IMG/VR virus record: IMGVR_UViG_3300025122_005335
Location: 1-64,000 of that record
DNA: 64,000 nucleotides
Direction: 5' to 3' (one strand)
Source of the DNA: a virus
Shown here: in pieces, positions 27,026 to 36,353 of the stretch
Position numbering within the stretch: position 1 is the stretch's first letter
Layout of the letters: the number at the start of each line of letters is the position of its first letter
The notes under the pieces: model-generated
The model's database searches: none
What the model was told of the DNA's origin: nothing
Seen by the model: the letters and a program-made list of their open reading frames with translations, nothing else
Made by a program: the position numbers and the translations under genes

Positions 27026-27218
27026 TCTTTTTACCCTTTCTATTATTAGATTTGTTGTTACCCTTATCAGAAAGTATAAAAAGTCTTTCTTTTACCGCTT
27101 TTTTCACCTTAGTTTTAGTGTTCGTAGAAGCAAATTCATACTTCGCAAATTTTTCAACTAATGTATCGATTTCTTTTTCGTTTTTTGCTTTGAGGATCGT
27201 GTCTCTTAACGAATTCAT
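26997..27218 (-). CDS. Hypothetical basic protein; start ATG at 27218
   Basis: Perfect TTGACA-N16-TATAAT-N6-ATG upstream. Confidence 0.65.
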   Translation of the reverse strand: MNSLRDTILKAKNEKEIDTLVEKFAKYEFASTNTKTKVKKAVKERLFILSDKGNNKSNNRKGKKNEKSYSRRK

Positions 27219-27224
27219 ACCCAA

Positions 27225-27252
27225 ATTATAGAGTATCTATATAGGATGTCAA
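27225..27252 (-). promoter_or_regulatory. Consensus sigma70-type promoter with 16-bp spacer
   Basis: TTGACA TCCTATATAGATACTC TATAAT on the - strand. Confidence 0.85.
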
Positions 27253-27261
27253 CTAACTTTG

Positions 27262-27552
27262 TTAATTTGTTGCTTCATATTGAGCTTTAATAACGTTATA
27301 TACAGCTTTGGGTAGAACTTCTACAAAGTCTACTATTCCTTCTTTTAGACCGCTTTCAAAATCGTTTTTAGGTACTTCTATTTTTTGATTATGGGGTATT
27401 GTTAAAAATATATGTTTTTCGGGGGTAGTAAGTATATAAGCGCAAAAATGACCAGCATAATCACCATTTTTTATAGCATATAAATATCTAGGTTTGGGTT
27501 TTTTGGTATTTCTTATAATATTCGATAATTTCATTCCATTCATTCCTATCAT
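27262..27552 (-). CDS. Hypothetical protein (start uncertain)
   Basis: ORF overlapping the rmlB end. Confidence 0.6.
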   Translation of the reverse strand: MIGMNGMKLSNIIRNTKKPKPRYLYAIKNGDYAGHFCAYILTTPEKHIFLTIPHNQKIEVPKNDFESGLKEGIVDFVEVLPKAVYNVIKAQYEATN

Positions 27553-28429
27553 TTATACTTCTTTTTGCAGAAAACCCTAAGTCTTTTATTTTATTAAAAT
27601 TTAATGCATATCTATAATCATGACCAGGTCTATCAGTAATGTATTTAATTTTAGCAGAAGTATCCGTATATTTAGCAATCATTTTTGCTATTTCATTGTT
27701 TGATATTTCTTCTCCTGTCCCGATATTGTAAACTTCTCCTGACTTTCCCTTTTCAGAAACTAATATAATACCTTCAGCATGATCTTCTGCATGTATCCAT
27801 TCACGTACATTATTACCGTCACCGTAAATTGAAATTTCTTTATCGTTTATTGCTGAAAAAATAGATTTTGGTAGTAACTTCTCTGCATGTTGACCTATTC
27901 CAAAATTATTACAACAACGGGTAACTCGAATATCCATTCCATATGTCTTACAAAATGACAATGCAATCAAATCTGAGCTAGCTTTTGAAGCTGAATAGGG
28001 TGAATTTGGTTTTAAAGGTTCATTTTCGTCCCAACTTTCAAGATTACCCGTTAATGCACCGTATACTTCATCGGTGGATACATGAACTACTGGCTTGTTA
28101 TATTGTTTTGCTAAGTTCAATACGTTCATTGTACCTATTATATTGGTATGGGCAAATATATTAGGGTCTGAAATGCTATTATCTACGTGAGATTCAGCTG
28201 CTAAGTGAAATATTTTGTCAAATTTATGAATTCTGAAGACACTTCCTAACATTTTCTCATCTAATATGTCACCCTTTATATTCCAGGTGTTTGGAACTGA
28301 CTTTTTATCTACATACTCACACGCGTATGTTTGTTTGTCATAAACAATTGAATTATATCCTCTTTTTTTGAGGCTTCTTATTAGGTGACCACCAATAAAC
28401 CCATAACCACCTGTAACTAAAACATTCAT
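27488..28429 (-). CDS. rmlB: dTDP-glucose 4,6-dehydratase
   Basis: VTGGYGFIG, HLAAESHVDNSI, HVSTDEVYG, PYSASKA, REWIH, DRPGHDYRY. Confidence 0.95.
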   Translation of the reverse strand: MNVLVTGGYGFIGGHLIRSLKKRGYNSIVYDKQTYACEYVDKKSVPNTWNIKGDILDEKMLGSVFRIHKFDKIFHLAAESHVDNSISDPNIFAHTNIIGTMNVLNLAKQYNKPVVHVSTDEVYGALTGNLESWDENEPLKPNSPYSASKASSDLIALSFCKTYGMDIRVTRCCNNFGIGQHAEKLLPKSIFSAINDKEISIYGDGNNVREWIHAEDHAEGIILVSEKGKSGEVYNIGTGEEISNNEIAKMIAKYTDTSAKIKYITDRPGHDYRYALNFNKIKDLGFSAKRSINDRNEWNEIIEYYKKYQKTQT

Positions 28430-29439
28430 ATATCTTTATCACCTAATTGAATAATGCTTTCTTCTTGTCCTTTTTTATCTGCTATGTAACTTTTAACGGT
28501 TTTATCTAAAAATTCTTTATCAACAGTTGTAAATTTGTGTAAGTTCAAATCAGAAGCTATCTTATTTGACAAAATACAATTACTTCTTTTAGCTACTGTA
28601 ATATTTTCTTTATAAAATTGTTCTTCAGAATAAAAAGTAATGTCATGTAACTTCCAATCCTTAGGTAACAGATTATTTTCGATTAATTGTTCTTTATTGT
28701 CATCAAAAACTTCAAATAACTCTTTGGAACTAAAAGTACCGCTACTTACTACGTTGTATATACCAAATGGTGGCGGTTGAATCAACATATTATAGACAAA
28801 ATTGAACAAATCATACAAATATGTTAAACTATTTGGTTCAGTTAAGATTTTTTTATAGCCTAACATTTTTGAAATAACGTTTTTTGGGTGATATATTTCA
28901 CCAAAAGGCATTCTTATACGCAAATTATAACAATTAAAGCTACTTGTTAAGCTTAATTCACCGGCATGTTTTGTTTTACTGTACCAAGATGAATCTGGTT
29001 CAAATAATCCAAAATTTGGTACAACTTCTTCATCATATCCAGATTTATCATCATTATACCCCGTAAAAATACAACCCGAAGAAATATTAACAAATGAAGG
29101 TATATTATTTGCTTGAGCTGCTGAAGCTAACGTTGTAGGTAGTACTGAATTTAAAAGCCACACTAGTTCTTTTTCTTTTTCTGCATCATCAACGTTTTTT
29201 TCTCCTGTATAACCAGAACAATTAATAATAGCATCAAAAGATGTGCCTTCGCTGTTATAATTAGTTAAAAAATCTAAGAATAAATTATAATCTCTATAAT
29301 TTATTTGTTCGCTAGAAATTGCATGTACTTCAAAATTTTCGTCTGCAGCTAAAAAATTACTAAGTTGGGATCCAATAAATCCCTTTCCTACAATTAGTAC
29401 TTTTGTAATCGGTGAATTTAATTCGGAATTTTCGCTCAT
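28426..29439 (-). CDS. NRS/ER-type bifunctional 3,5-epimerase/4-reductase (RmlD-like SDR)
   Basis: GKGFIG, SSGCIF, PNF, YSKTK, LRIRMP and PNSLT motifs typical of NRS/ER. Confidence 0.75.
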   Translation of the reverse strand: MSENSELNSPITKVLIVGKGFIGSQLSNFLAADENFEVHAISSEQINYRDYNLFLDFLTNYNSEGTSFDAIINCSGYTGEKNVDDAEKEKELVWLLNSVLPTTLASAAQANNIPSFVNISSGCIFTGYNDDKSGYDEEVVPNFGLFEPDSSWYSKTKHAGELSLTSSFNCYNLRIRMPFGEIYHPKNVISKMLGYKKILTEPNSLTYLYDLFNFVYNMLIQPPPFGIYNVVSSGTFSSKELFEVFDDNKEQLIENNLLPKDWKLHDITFYSEEQFYKENITVAKRSNCILSNKIASDLNLHKFTTVDKEFLDKTVKSYIADKKGQEESIIQLGDKDI

Positions 29440-29480
29440 AAAGATATTTTAATATTAATCCTATTGAGTTCCACCTGATA

Positions 29481-30239
29481 TTACCAGTATGTGATATTTA
29501 AATGGTTTGCTATACCGTATATTGTAGTATGAACAGGTTTGTCTATTACTTTTCTTATATGTTCTAAGTGAGGAGAGCTAGTTTCTTCACTTGCTACAAT
29601 ATATCCATGTTGGCCTTTAGTAAAAACATTGTCGATATACCATTTTCTTACATTGACGTTTAATTCATCCCAAGCAAAAGCAGAAATTACTAAATCATAT
29701 TTGTCTTTTACTTCATCATCAACAGAAATATTATAATTACCTAGATATTTTTTAACTAATTTAATTACATTTGGGTGATCGTAGTCATAATATGATTTTA
29801 TATCGCAATATTGACTTAATAATAAGAGCAACCCACCGTACCCTCCTCCGATTTCAACAATACTTGTTGGTTTGCAATTTGATAATATGTCACCCACTTG
29901 TTTTAAATAGCGAAGCGTTGATGGATCAATTGAAATCTTTTCATTATTGTTTCTATTAAAAAAATTTCCTTTAAATTTACGAGATGAGCTAATAAATTCA
30001 TCCCCTCCCAGCTTATCATTAATTAGATAACGGTTATCTTTTAATAATTCAGGATAATGTGTTTCTATATGACGTAAATATAAAGAACCCCTTTGTTTAT
30101 CGACGTGACTTAAAATTGTTGTGTATTCACCTGAAATTTTAAATCTAGAAAACACTTTTTCATTTTCTGAAGCTTGTTTACATATGTCGTAATACAGTTT
30201 TGCTTCTCGTTCTTCTACTACCCAAACACGGTTACCCAT
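29481..30239 (-). CDS. Putative sugar O-methyltransferase
   Basis: PSTLRY, IVEIGGGYGG SAM motif, YDLVISAFAWDEL. Confidence 0.75.
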   Translation of the reverse strand: MGNRVWVVEEREAKLYYDICKQASENEKVFSRFKISGEYTTILSHVDKQRGSLYLRHIETHYPELLKDNRYLINDKLGGDEFISSSRKFKGNFFNRNNNEKISIDPSTLRYLKQVGDILSNCKPTSIVEIGGGYGGLLLLLSQYCDIKSYYDYDHPNVIKLVKKYLGNYNISVDDEVKDKYDLVISAFAWDELNVNVRKWYIDNVFTKGQHGYIVASEETSSPHLEHIRKVIDKPVHTTIYGIANHLNITYW

Positions 30240-30253
30240 AAACGTATTATATA

Positions 30254-30598
30254 TTATTCTAAGCTAGGTCCACCCATGGGACCAAACTGACTCATAACCA
30301 CTTTGTGTAACAAGTTGCATAAAGCATCATGTTGCATGTTATTAGTATGAATCATCTTTACTACACCGTTTCCATTTATATCATAACCAAGCATAATACA
30401 ACAATCCATATATTCTTTTAATATCCTATCGAGTTCTTTGTGATTAGAAAGCTTTCTTTGGTTTTCTGCTGTAAATTTTCTACTTACTAATGTTTCAAAT
30501 GCTTGCTTAATTTCTTTTTCAGAAAGGTCTTCTAGGGCCTTCTGCTTAGGTGCCGGTGTTGGTGACGGTGGCGTACCATTATCTTGTTTTGTGCTCAT
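30254..30598 (-). CDS. Hypothetical protein
   Basis: ORF in operon downstream of gp45. Confidence 0.6.
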   Translation of the reverse strand: MSTKQDNGTPPSPTPAPKQKALEDLSEKEIKQAFETLVSRKFTAENQRKLSNHKELDRILKEYMDCCIMLGYDINGNGVVKMIHTNNMQHDALCNLLHKVVMSQFGPMGGPSLE

Positions 30599-30929
30599 TT
30601 TTCTTTTTATAGTAAGGTGATAACTTGTTATTATTATTTACGCCCCAACTAACAATTAATTGTTCAATTACGGATTCCATCGATGGTGTATATAATTTAA
30701 AATTAGTAGGTATATTAATTCCACCATCGCTAAATTCAAAAACAGTATCAAAATCACTGTCGTAATTACTGTAACACGTACAAAAAATAGATTCTTCTCC
30801 GGGATTTATTAAAATTACCCATCTTCTTTTATCGTTTTTATCAAAATCGTTAAAAACGTCTAGTATGATAAACCCGTTGTCTCTTAATCTTTTTTTAAAG
30901 TAACCACATGTTTTAAGTTTATTTTTCAT
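30579..30929 (-). CDS. Hypothetical protein
   Basis: ORF abutting gp45. Confidence 0.6.
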   Translation of the reverse strand: MKNKLKTCGYFKKRLRDNGFIILDVFNDFDKNDKRRWVILINPGEESIFCTCYSNYDSDFDTVFEFSDGGINIPTNFKLYTPSMESVIEQLIVSWGVNNNNKLSPYYKKKNEHKTR

Positions 30930-31649
30930 CTATACTTGAAGCCCAGGGACGATATATTTTAACATTACATTATCACTTGACACTTCAAAAGTACTTAGTC
31001 CTTGTTCTGTATTAATCCTTACTATAATTTCATTTTGATTTGTACTAGCTAACAAACGAACAATATCAAAATGTATCGGGAAGCTAAGATTGTCTGCATC
31101 TGTTTCATCACAAACTTTTATTGAATAACTATCGACAGAAGAATTAGACCTGTCTGTAATTTCAGCAAATATTTCTCCGTTGTCAATATTAAAATATAAT
31201 TTTTCCGACTCAGCTACAAAAGCAGCTCCTTTAGCTAGTTCGCTAATTTTAGACGAATTAATTTTAAATTCGATATTAAATGGTAGATTTAAAATCTTTT
31301 GTACACTTAATTTTGGAGCTTGAATAATATTATCATCTAAAAAATGATATTTAAATCGCAATTGCTTATCCTTATATGATATACAATTTTCTTTATATTG
31401 TAATTTTACTTCACTTAGTTCAATAAATGATAAAATCTTTTCTAATTTTCTTACGTTAGGTATATTTAAAATTAAATTGTTTTCTACTTCCAAATTATAT
31501 GATGCATATACTATCAACCCTTGCTCATTGTTTGTAATGCACTCTAGTTTATTGTTTTTACTTTTAATAATAATAGCTTCAGTCAATGCACTTATCGGAC
31601 GCAAATAATCTGTAACAAATTGATTTTTATTTTTGATGTTTATGATCAT
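30930..31649 (-). CDS. Sliding clamp (gp45-like)
   Basis: Size (239 aa), two-domain beta-rich clamp pattern, C-terminal LKYIV; near gp32. Confidence 0.75.
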   Translation of the reverse strand: MIINIKNKNQFVTDYLRPISALTEAIIIKSKNNKLECITNNEQGLIVYASYNLEVENNLILNIPNVRKLEKILSFIELSEVKLQYKENCISYKDKQLRFKYHFLDDNIIQAPKLSVQKILNLPFNIEFKINSSKISELAKGAAFVAESEKLYFNIDNGEIFAEITDRSNSSVDSYSIKVCDETDADNLSFPIHFDIVRLLASTNQNEIIVRINTEQGLSTFEVSSDNVMLKYIVPGLQV

Positions 31650-31683
31650 ACCTAATTATAGATACTCCTTTAAGAAGAACAAC

Positions 31684-32169
31684 TTACTTTTTTTCTTGCA
31701 AAAGATTTGCAATTTTATTTACTTTAGCTTCTATGTCAGATAATCTGTTAAAAATATCTTGTGCAGTAGCAGAATTATCAAAATTAAATTCAAATTGATT
31801 TGGATCGTGTTGGGTGGTTTCAGCCACGGGTTGAGGTTGGTGTTGTTGGTGGGGTTGACCCATTTGGGGTTGCATTTGAGGATTACCCACCAAGTTTAGA
31901 ATATCTCTATCCATCACCTCTTTGTTTATTTGTTTTGCTTTTAACCCTGAAGACTGTTCAATAATATTTGAGTTTACTTCATTAAGTTCATTATGCATTG
32001 CACCGAACATACCCCTAATGGCCATTGCATCCTCCATAGGATTACCCTGAGAGCTTTCGCTCTCAGGGTTATAATTTGGATCCAACCCAGCGCTATAATT
32101 TACATCTGTACGTTTCGGTTGAGCGTGCGGATCCGGACCTTGTCCTACAGGCTGTTGGGGTTGTTCCAT
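31684..32169 (-). CDS. Q/P-rich hypothetical protein
   Basis: Low-complexity ORF with DPNQFEFNF motif and C-terminal coiled coil; coupled to the gp32 stop. Confidence 0.6.
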   Translation of the reverse strand: MEQPQQPVGQGPDPHAQPKRTDVNYSAGLDPNYNPESESSQGNPMEDAMAIRGMFGAMHNELNEVNSNIIEQSSGLKAKQINKEVMDRDILNLVGNPQMQPQMGQPHQQHQPQPVAETTQHDPNQFEFNFDNSATAQDIFNRLSDIEAKVNKIANLLQEKK

Positions 32170-33026
32170 TATTCGATATTGTCTAAGCTATTCAACAAAC
32201 TTGCAATATCATCGTCGTCCTCGTCACCGTCATCATCTCCGGTTTTGTCAGCCGGCTTATCGGGTTCTGGTGCCGTCTCAAGAACTTTTGTTGATGTTTG
32301 TTGGGTATTAGCACTTTCATCAGTACTTATACAGAAGAAATGTTCGTTCAACAATTCTTTTAGTTCATCATAGCTCTTTACTGTAAAGACTGTTTCAAGG
32401 TCTGTCATGGCTTCATACAGTTCTTTTGCCTTTTTAGTGTCAACACCTTCAACTGCCTTAGGCATCCCAAATTTAGATGATACATATGTTGGGAAATCAC
32501 CTTGCTTTTCAACTTTGATACGAAAGTCGACACCATTTTTACTTAAATCAAAGATACGAGGACCTAACTCTTCGGCCTCCTCACCTTGCATAGCTTCCAT
32601 GACGACTTTATGTAACTGTCTTCCAAAGCGCAACAACTTAATTGTGCCATTATTGTCAGGGTTAACTGGGTCATTAATGACATAAACGTTAACTAACCAA
32701 TTTTCACGCCGTAAAATTGATTTAGCCTTCTCTTTTTCTTCTAGAGTACCTGTCTTAGTGATGCGATAACGTGTTTCACCAATAGGATCACGTTCACCCC
32801 ACGTTTGAGGACTGATTTGATTAATGTATTGGCCTGTAGCAAATGAAGTCCACCCATGTGTATAGTAATGGAAAAATGTTTTGCTTGGGTCTTTTATGTT
32901 AGGCAACAAACGCACTGTGTACGTATTACCAACTTCTGTACGCAAAAACTGAGAACGATTGGAATTCCCTCCGTCCTTAGTCATTTCGGTTTTTATGCTT
33001 TCAAATAATGATTTAATATCTGTCAT
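32169..33026 (-). CDS. Single-stranded DNA-binding protein (gp32)
   Basis: VRLLP, HGW, NVYVINDPVNPDNNG, IFDL, YVSSKF and an acidic C-terminal tail. Confidence 0.9.
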   Translation of the reverse strand: MTDIKSLFESIKTEMTKDGGNSNRSQFLRTEVGNTYTVRLLPNIKDPSKTFFHYYTHGWTSFATGQYINQISPQTWGERDPIGETRYRITKTGTLEEKEKAKSILRRENWLVNVYVINDPVNPDNNGTIKLLRFGRQLHKVVMEAMQGEEAEELGPRIFDLSKNGVDFRIKVEKQGDFPTYVSSKFGMPKAVEGVDTKKAKELYEAMTDLETVFTVKSYDELKELLNEHFFCISTDESANTQQTSTKVLETAPEPDKPADKTGDDDGDEDDDDIASLLNSLDNIE

Positions 33027-33119
33027 TTTAATTTTTATTAGTTATTTTTAATTTTTGTTCGTATGGTAACACTGTTACCGTTACTTCCATTATTATATAT
33101 TATCCGACAATAGAATCAA
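33027..33119 (-). promoter_or_regulatory. gp32 promoter and structured, A/U-rich leader (candidate autoregulatory operator)
   Basis: TTGATT-N16-TATAAT, hairpin GGTAAC-agt-GTTACC, then AAAAATTAAAA repeats before ATG. Confidence 0.6.
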
Positions 33120-33762
33120 CTTTATTTTTACAGTGATTTACCACTTTTTCAAAAAATAATTTGGTTTCTTTCTTTTTATTGTAGAATTTTACTCGATGCT
33201 GACTAATATCTGCTATAACATCTTTGAGCATGAAATTTAATATATCTTTGTCATGGCTTTTTAGTTGTTTTTCGAAATTCTCGTACATAAACAGTAGATA
33301 TATGGAAACATTTCCGGATTTAAGGTGAGAACAGAATATATTCAGGTTATCTGTGGGGTTTTCCTTATATGAAACGTAATTATGGAACGTAATCTTGTTT
33401 TCTATGCAATATCGGGTTATAAACAATGCGGATTCTTGAAAGAACTGTTTTGTTTCTTGGGAATTTATATCTTGCTTGTTAAGCTTATTGATATAATCGA
33501 AATATAGCTTACATGCCTTTAAAGATGTATAAAATTTTAGATCTAAACTTGGTTTGTCGGTGTATACTTCATAAGGTGCCTTAAAAAACGTCTCTACGTT
33601 TATGTGATTATGCTTATTAAAAAACTGAGCAAGTTTTTTGCAAAACATTTGTTTGTCTTCAGTAAGATTTTCGAAATTGTTCCTAAATTTGTATGGTTTA
33701 TTTTGTATTACTCTAGAAACTTTAAGGTGTATATTGTAAATTAGCTTTTCAAATTCAGTCAC
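33100..33762 (-). CDS. Helicase loader (gp59-like)
   Basis: Size, position immediately upstream of gp32 as in T4, N-terminal Y-x-x-x-K...YKF...KKLA pattern. Confidence 0.55.
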   Translation of the reverse strand: MTEFEKLIYNIHLKVSRVIQNKPYKFRNNFENLTEDKQMFCKKLAQFFNKHNHINVETFFKAPYEVYTDKPSLDLKFYTSLKACKLYFDYINKLNKQDINSQETKQFFQESALFITRYCIENKITFHNYVSYKENPTDNLNIFCSHLKSGNVSIYLLFMYENFEKQLKSHDKDILNFMLKDVIADISQHRVKFYNKKKETKLFFEKVVNHCKNKVDSIVG

Positions 33763-33783
33763 CTACTCATTATAACACATTTC

Positions 33784-34077
33784 TCACATAATCAATTTCT
33801 TTTTGTTGCTGTTTATGTATTTCATAATGTATTTACTTTTATGAAGTGACGGATCATAGTGTAAAAACAGCCGTACCATTTCAAAATCAGTGTCAACGTC
33901 TATTATTTCCTTAAACAACGTACGTAATTTAGAGTCTTTTAATAAAAGAATAAAGATATTGGGTAAATTTACTTTTTTGTTGTTAATTATGGAAATAAAA
34001 GAACAGAACCCCATAAAAGCATGGGCCGTTTCTTTACTTCTTGTCGATTCTACGGGATTGTGGTCTTCGTTTTTCAT
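33784..34077 (-). CDS. Hypothetical protein
   Basis: ORF overlapping the DHH gene end. Confidence 0.6.
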   Translation of the reverse strand: MKNEDHNPVESTRSKETAHAFMGFCSFISIINNKKVNLPNIFILLLKDSKLRTLFKEIIDVDTDFEMVRLFLHYDPSLHKSKYIMKYINSNKKKLIM

Positions 34078-34976
34078 AGTCCCGCTGGTTTAAACAGTTT
34101 TGTAAACTTTAAAAGTGTTTCGTTTATTTTTCCTCCTGCTGAGTCGGTATGACCACCACCATTACAAAGCTTTGATGCTAATTTGTTTAAATTTGTTTTT
34201 TCGCCAGGTTTTTTCCTAAAACTGACTGATTTTGATTTACAATTAATGATAAACACAATATCAGCCTTGTGGATTTTCAGTAACCCCGATGCTACTTCGT
34301 TAATATTATGGTCACACATACAAGATATAACCTTTTTCTGGTTTCCATCAATATTTGTTGTTAGTGTAAATACGTCACATTCTTGTAAAAACGATTTTAT
34401 TTTTCGATTTGCAAGAGTAATCATGTTTTTCTGAAACAATGTAAACTCTTTGAACCCTTCTTTAAACTCTTCAACAAACTTCTGCACTCTATTACCTGTA
34501 TAACTCCACAAAACTTGATTAAGCCCAATACTTTCTTTTAAAGCTAACTTATATGAATCGTAATCATTTACTAGCTCAATTAATTTAGCTTTTTGTTTGT
34601 TTAATTTGGAACTTGTACTTTTGTCCTTACAAAGAAGGTGTTTTAATACTAACTTTGTAGTAGAAGGGTAGTTACTATCTAATATTAATTGTGGTTTTCC
34701 AAAGTTAACATAGCTGTCTTTACCATTATGGTGGTCAATAACAATAATATTTTTGTAATTAAGTATGTCACTGTGTTCACTTACATTTAAATCACAAATA
34801 TATATGTTATCGTATTCGGAAATTTTATTATTGGTTAAAAAATTTAGAAAATCTTCTCTAAAGTTTTTGTGTGTAGTTGTCTTATAGGGGGATTCACCTA
34901 ATAACCACCCCAACACCATTAAACTACCCACACCGTCTAAATCCGAATCAGTAAATACGTAATTTTTACTGTTCAT
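34074..34976 (-). CDS. DHH/DHHA1 phosphoesterase (NrnA/NrnB-like)
   Basis: DSDLDG, ICDL, IDHH, SVSFR, GGGHTDSAGG. Confidence 0.88.
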   Translation of the reverse strand: MNSKNYVFTDSDLDGVGSLMVLGWLLGESPYKTTTHKNFREDFLNFLTNNKISEYDNIYICDLNVSEHSDILNYKNIIVIDHHNGKDSYVNFGKPQLILDSNYPSTTKLVLKHLLCKDKSTSSKLNKQKAKLIELVNDYDSYKLALKESIGLNQVLWSYTGNRVQKFVEEFKEGFKEFTLFQKNMITLANRKIKSFLQECDVFTLTTNIDGNQKKVISCMCDHNINEVASGLLKIHKADIVFIINCKSKSVSFRKKPGEKTNLNKLASKLCNGGGHTDSAGGKINETLLKFTKLFKPAGL

Positions 34977-35006
34977 TGTTAATAATTAGTAAATTTTTCA
35001 TCATTC

Positions 35007-36338
35007 TCAACTATTTGCTAAGGCTTCTATTGAATTCATTACATCTTGAGTTGAATTGTTTATGTCACCTTGATCACCGTCTGTTATAGTTAGTGTTGGG
35101 TAGTGTATACTTAGTTCGGTGGCACCATAGTTAGCTCCAAACCGGTTTTTCATAACACCAAGCCTAATTTGATCTAACCCCCTATCTTCTTCATCTTGAT
35201 AAATAGAAAATATTGCATCTGCAGTCATGGCGAGCCCCATACTTTCACCTATTGTGTCTAATCCCGGGTCTTGAGTATCATATCCCGACCTATTTAACTG
35301 TGTGGCAGTAATAATAGGGCAGTTATGGGTATAAGATAACGCTCTAACTTGTTCAGTAGCATATTTTACCCTTTCATAACTATTATTACCAATTGGTGAG
35401 TGCATTAGGTTAACATAATCAAGAACAAAAGCATCAATTTTAATTCCTTTCTGTTTTACCTTTTTCATAAATGCTCCCAACTGTGAAGCTGTAATGGTAC
35501 TAGGTGGAAATTCTTTAATCAAAATTTTACCCTTAGGGTTTGATGTAACTTGTTCTTTTAACTTGTTTCTTAGTTCAGGAATTTCTAGTCTTAAGCTGTT
35601 TATTTCAATTCCTGTTAAATTACCAGCTAACCGTCTAGCATACATGAATTCACTCATTTCTAGTGATACTACTAACACCGTTTTTCCTTGTTTTGCTATG
35701 TTTACTGCTATGTTACCCAAAAAAACCGATTTACCGACATTAGTTTCACCTGCGAACACATATATTGCTCTACCATTTTCTAGGAATCCCCCATCTAACT
35801 TATCATCTACCCACCCCCACCCGGAAGATATCGTGGGTTCTTCAATTTGGAGATTATCAATTAACTTTTCGTGGTCTAAAATAAGGTCTAGACCTAAATC
35901 TACTGATAAATTTATACCACAACACTGTTCAAACTTGTCAAATATAATAGTAGGCTCTACTTTACCTTTACTACAGTCATCCGCTACTTCAAGCATTGTA
36001 TGATACACGGCTTTTTCTTTTAGAAACCGTTCTGTATTAGCATACAATTCATCTTCATTATAATTTTTATCTAATTTTTCAATTTTTAGTAGCGTTTCTT
36101 TTAAGTTTACTTTTAGTTCTTGTGTAATACAATAAGAAGCAATTTCTGTAGCAGAAGGAATAGTTTGTCTCTTAATAAAAAACGCTTTTATAATGCTAAT
36201 AATGCTTTTAAAGTGTTTATTAGTAAAATATACTGGTTGAATATGGTCTATTATTGATCCCAAATATCTAGAATCAGTAAAACTTTTATACAATACTACA
36301 TTCTCATAGTAATCTAAATCTAACGATTTGTCCGACAT
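35007..36338 (-). CDS. Replicative DnaB-like helicase (gp41)
   Basis: AGETNVGKS, SLEM, IKEFP, LDYVNL, TATQLNR, KNRFG. Confidence 0.95.
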   Translation of the reverse strand: MSDKSLDLDYYENVVLYKSFTDSRYLGSIIDHIQPVYFTNKHFKSIISIIKAFFIKRQTIPSATEIASYCITQELKVNLKETLLKIEKLDKNYNEDELYANTERFLKEKAVYHTMLEVADDCSKGKVEPTIIFDKFEQCCGINLSVDLGLDLILDHEKLIDNLQIEEPTISSGWGWVDDKLDGGFLENGRAIYVFAGETNVGKSVFLGNIAVNIAKQGKTVLVVSLEMSEFMYARRLAGNLTGIEINSLRLEIPELRNKLKEQVTSNPKGKILIKEFPPSTITASQLGAFMKKVKQKGIKIDAFVLDYVNLMHSPIGNNSYERVKYATEQVRALSYTHNCPIITATQLNRSGYDTQDPGLDTIGESMGLAMTADAIFSIYQDEEDRGLDQIRLGVMKNRFGANYGATELSIHYPTLTITDGDQGDINNSTQDVMNSIEALANS

Positions 36339-36353
36339 ATAAACCAGTATAGA

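Noticed and set aside
33784-34077. gp33 late co-activator by position upstream of the gp59-like gene
   Set aside because: No recognisable gp33 sequence pattern; left as hypothetical.
35494-36003. Antisense ORFs in the track (e.g. 35494-36003, 31993-32373, 23097-23441, 36478-36804, 18513-18839, 62977-63249)
   Set aside because: They are shadows of well-supported genes on the opposite strand, with no motifs or promoter signature.
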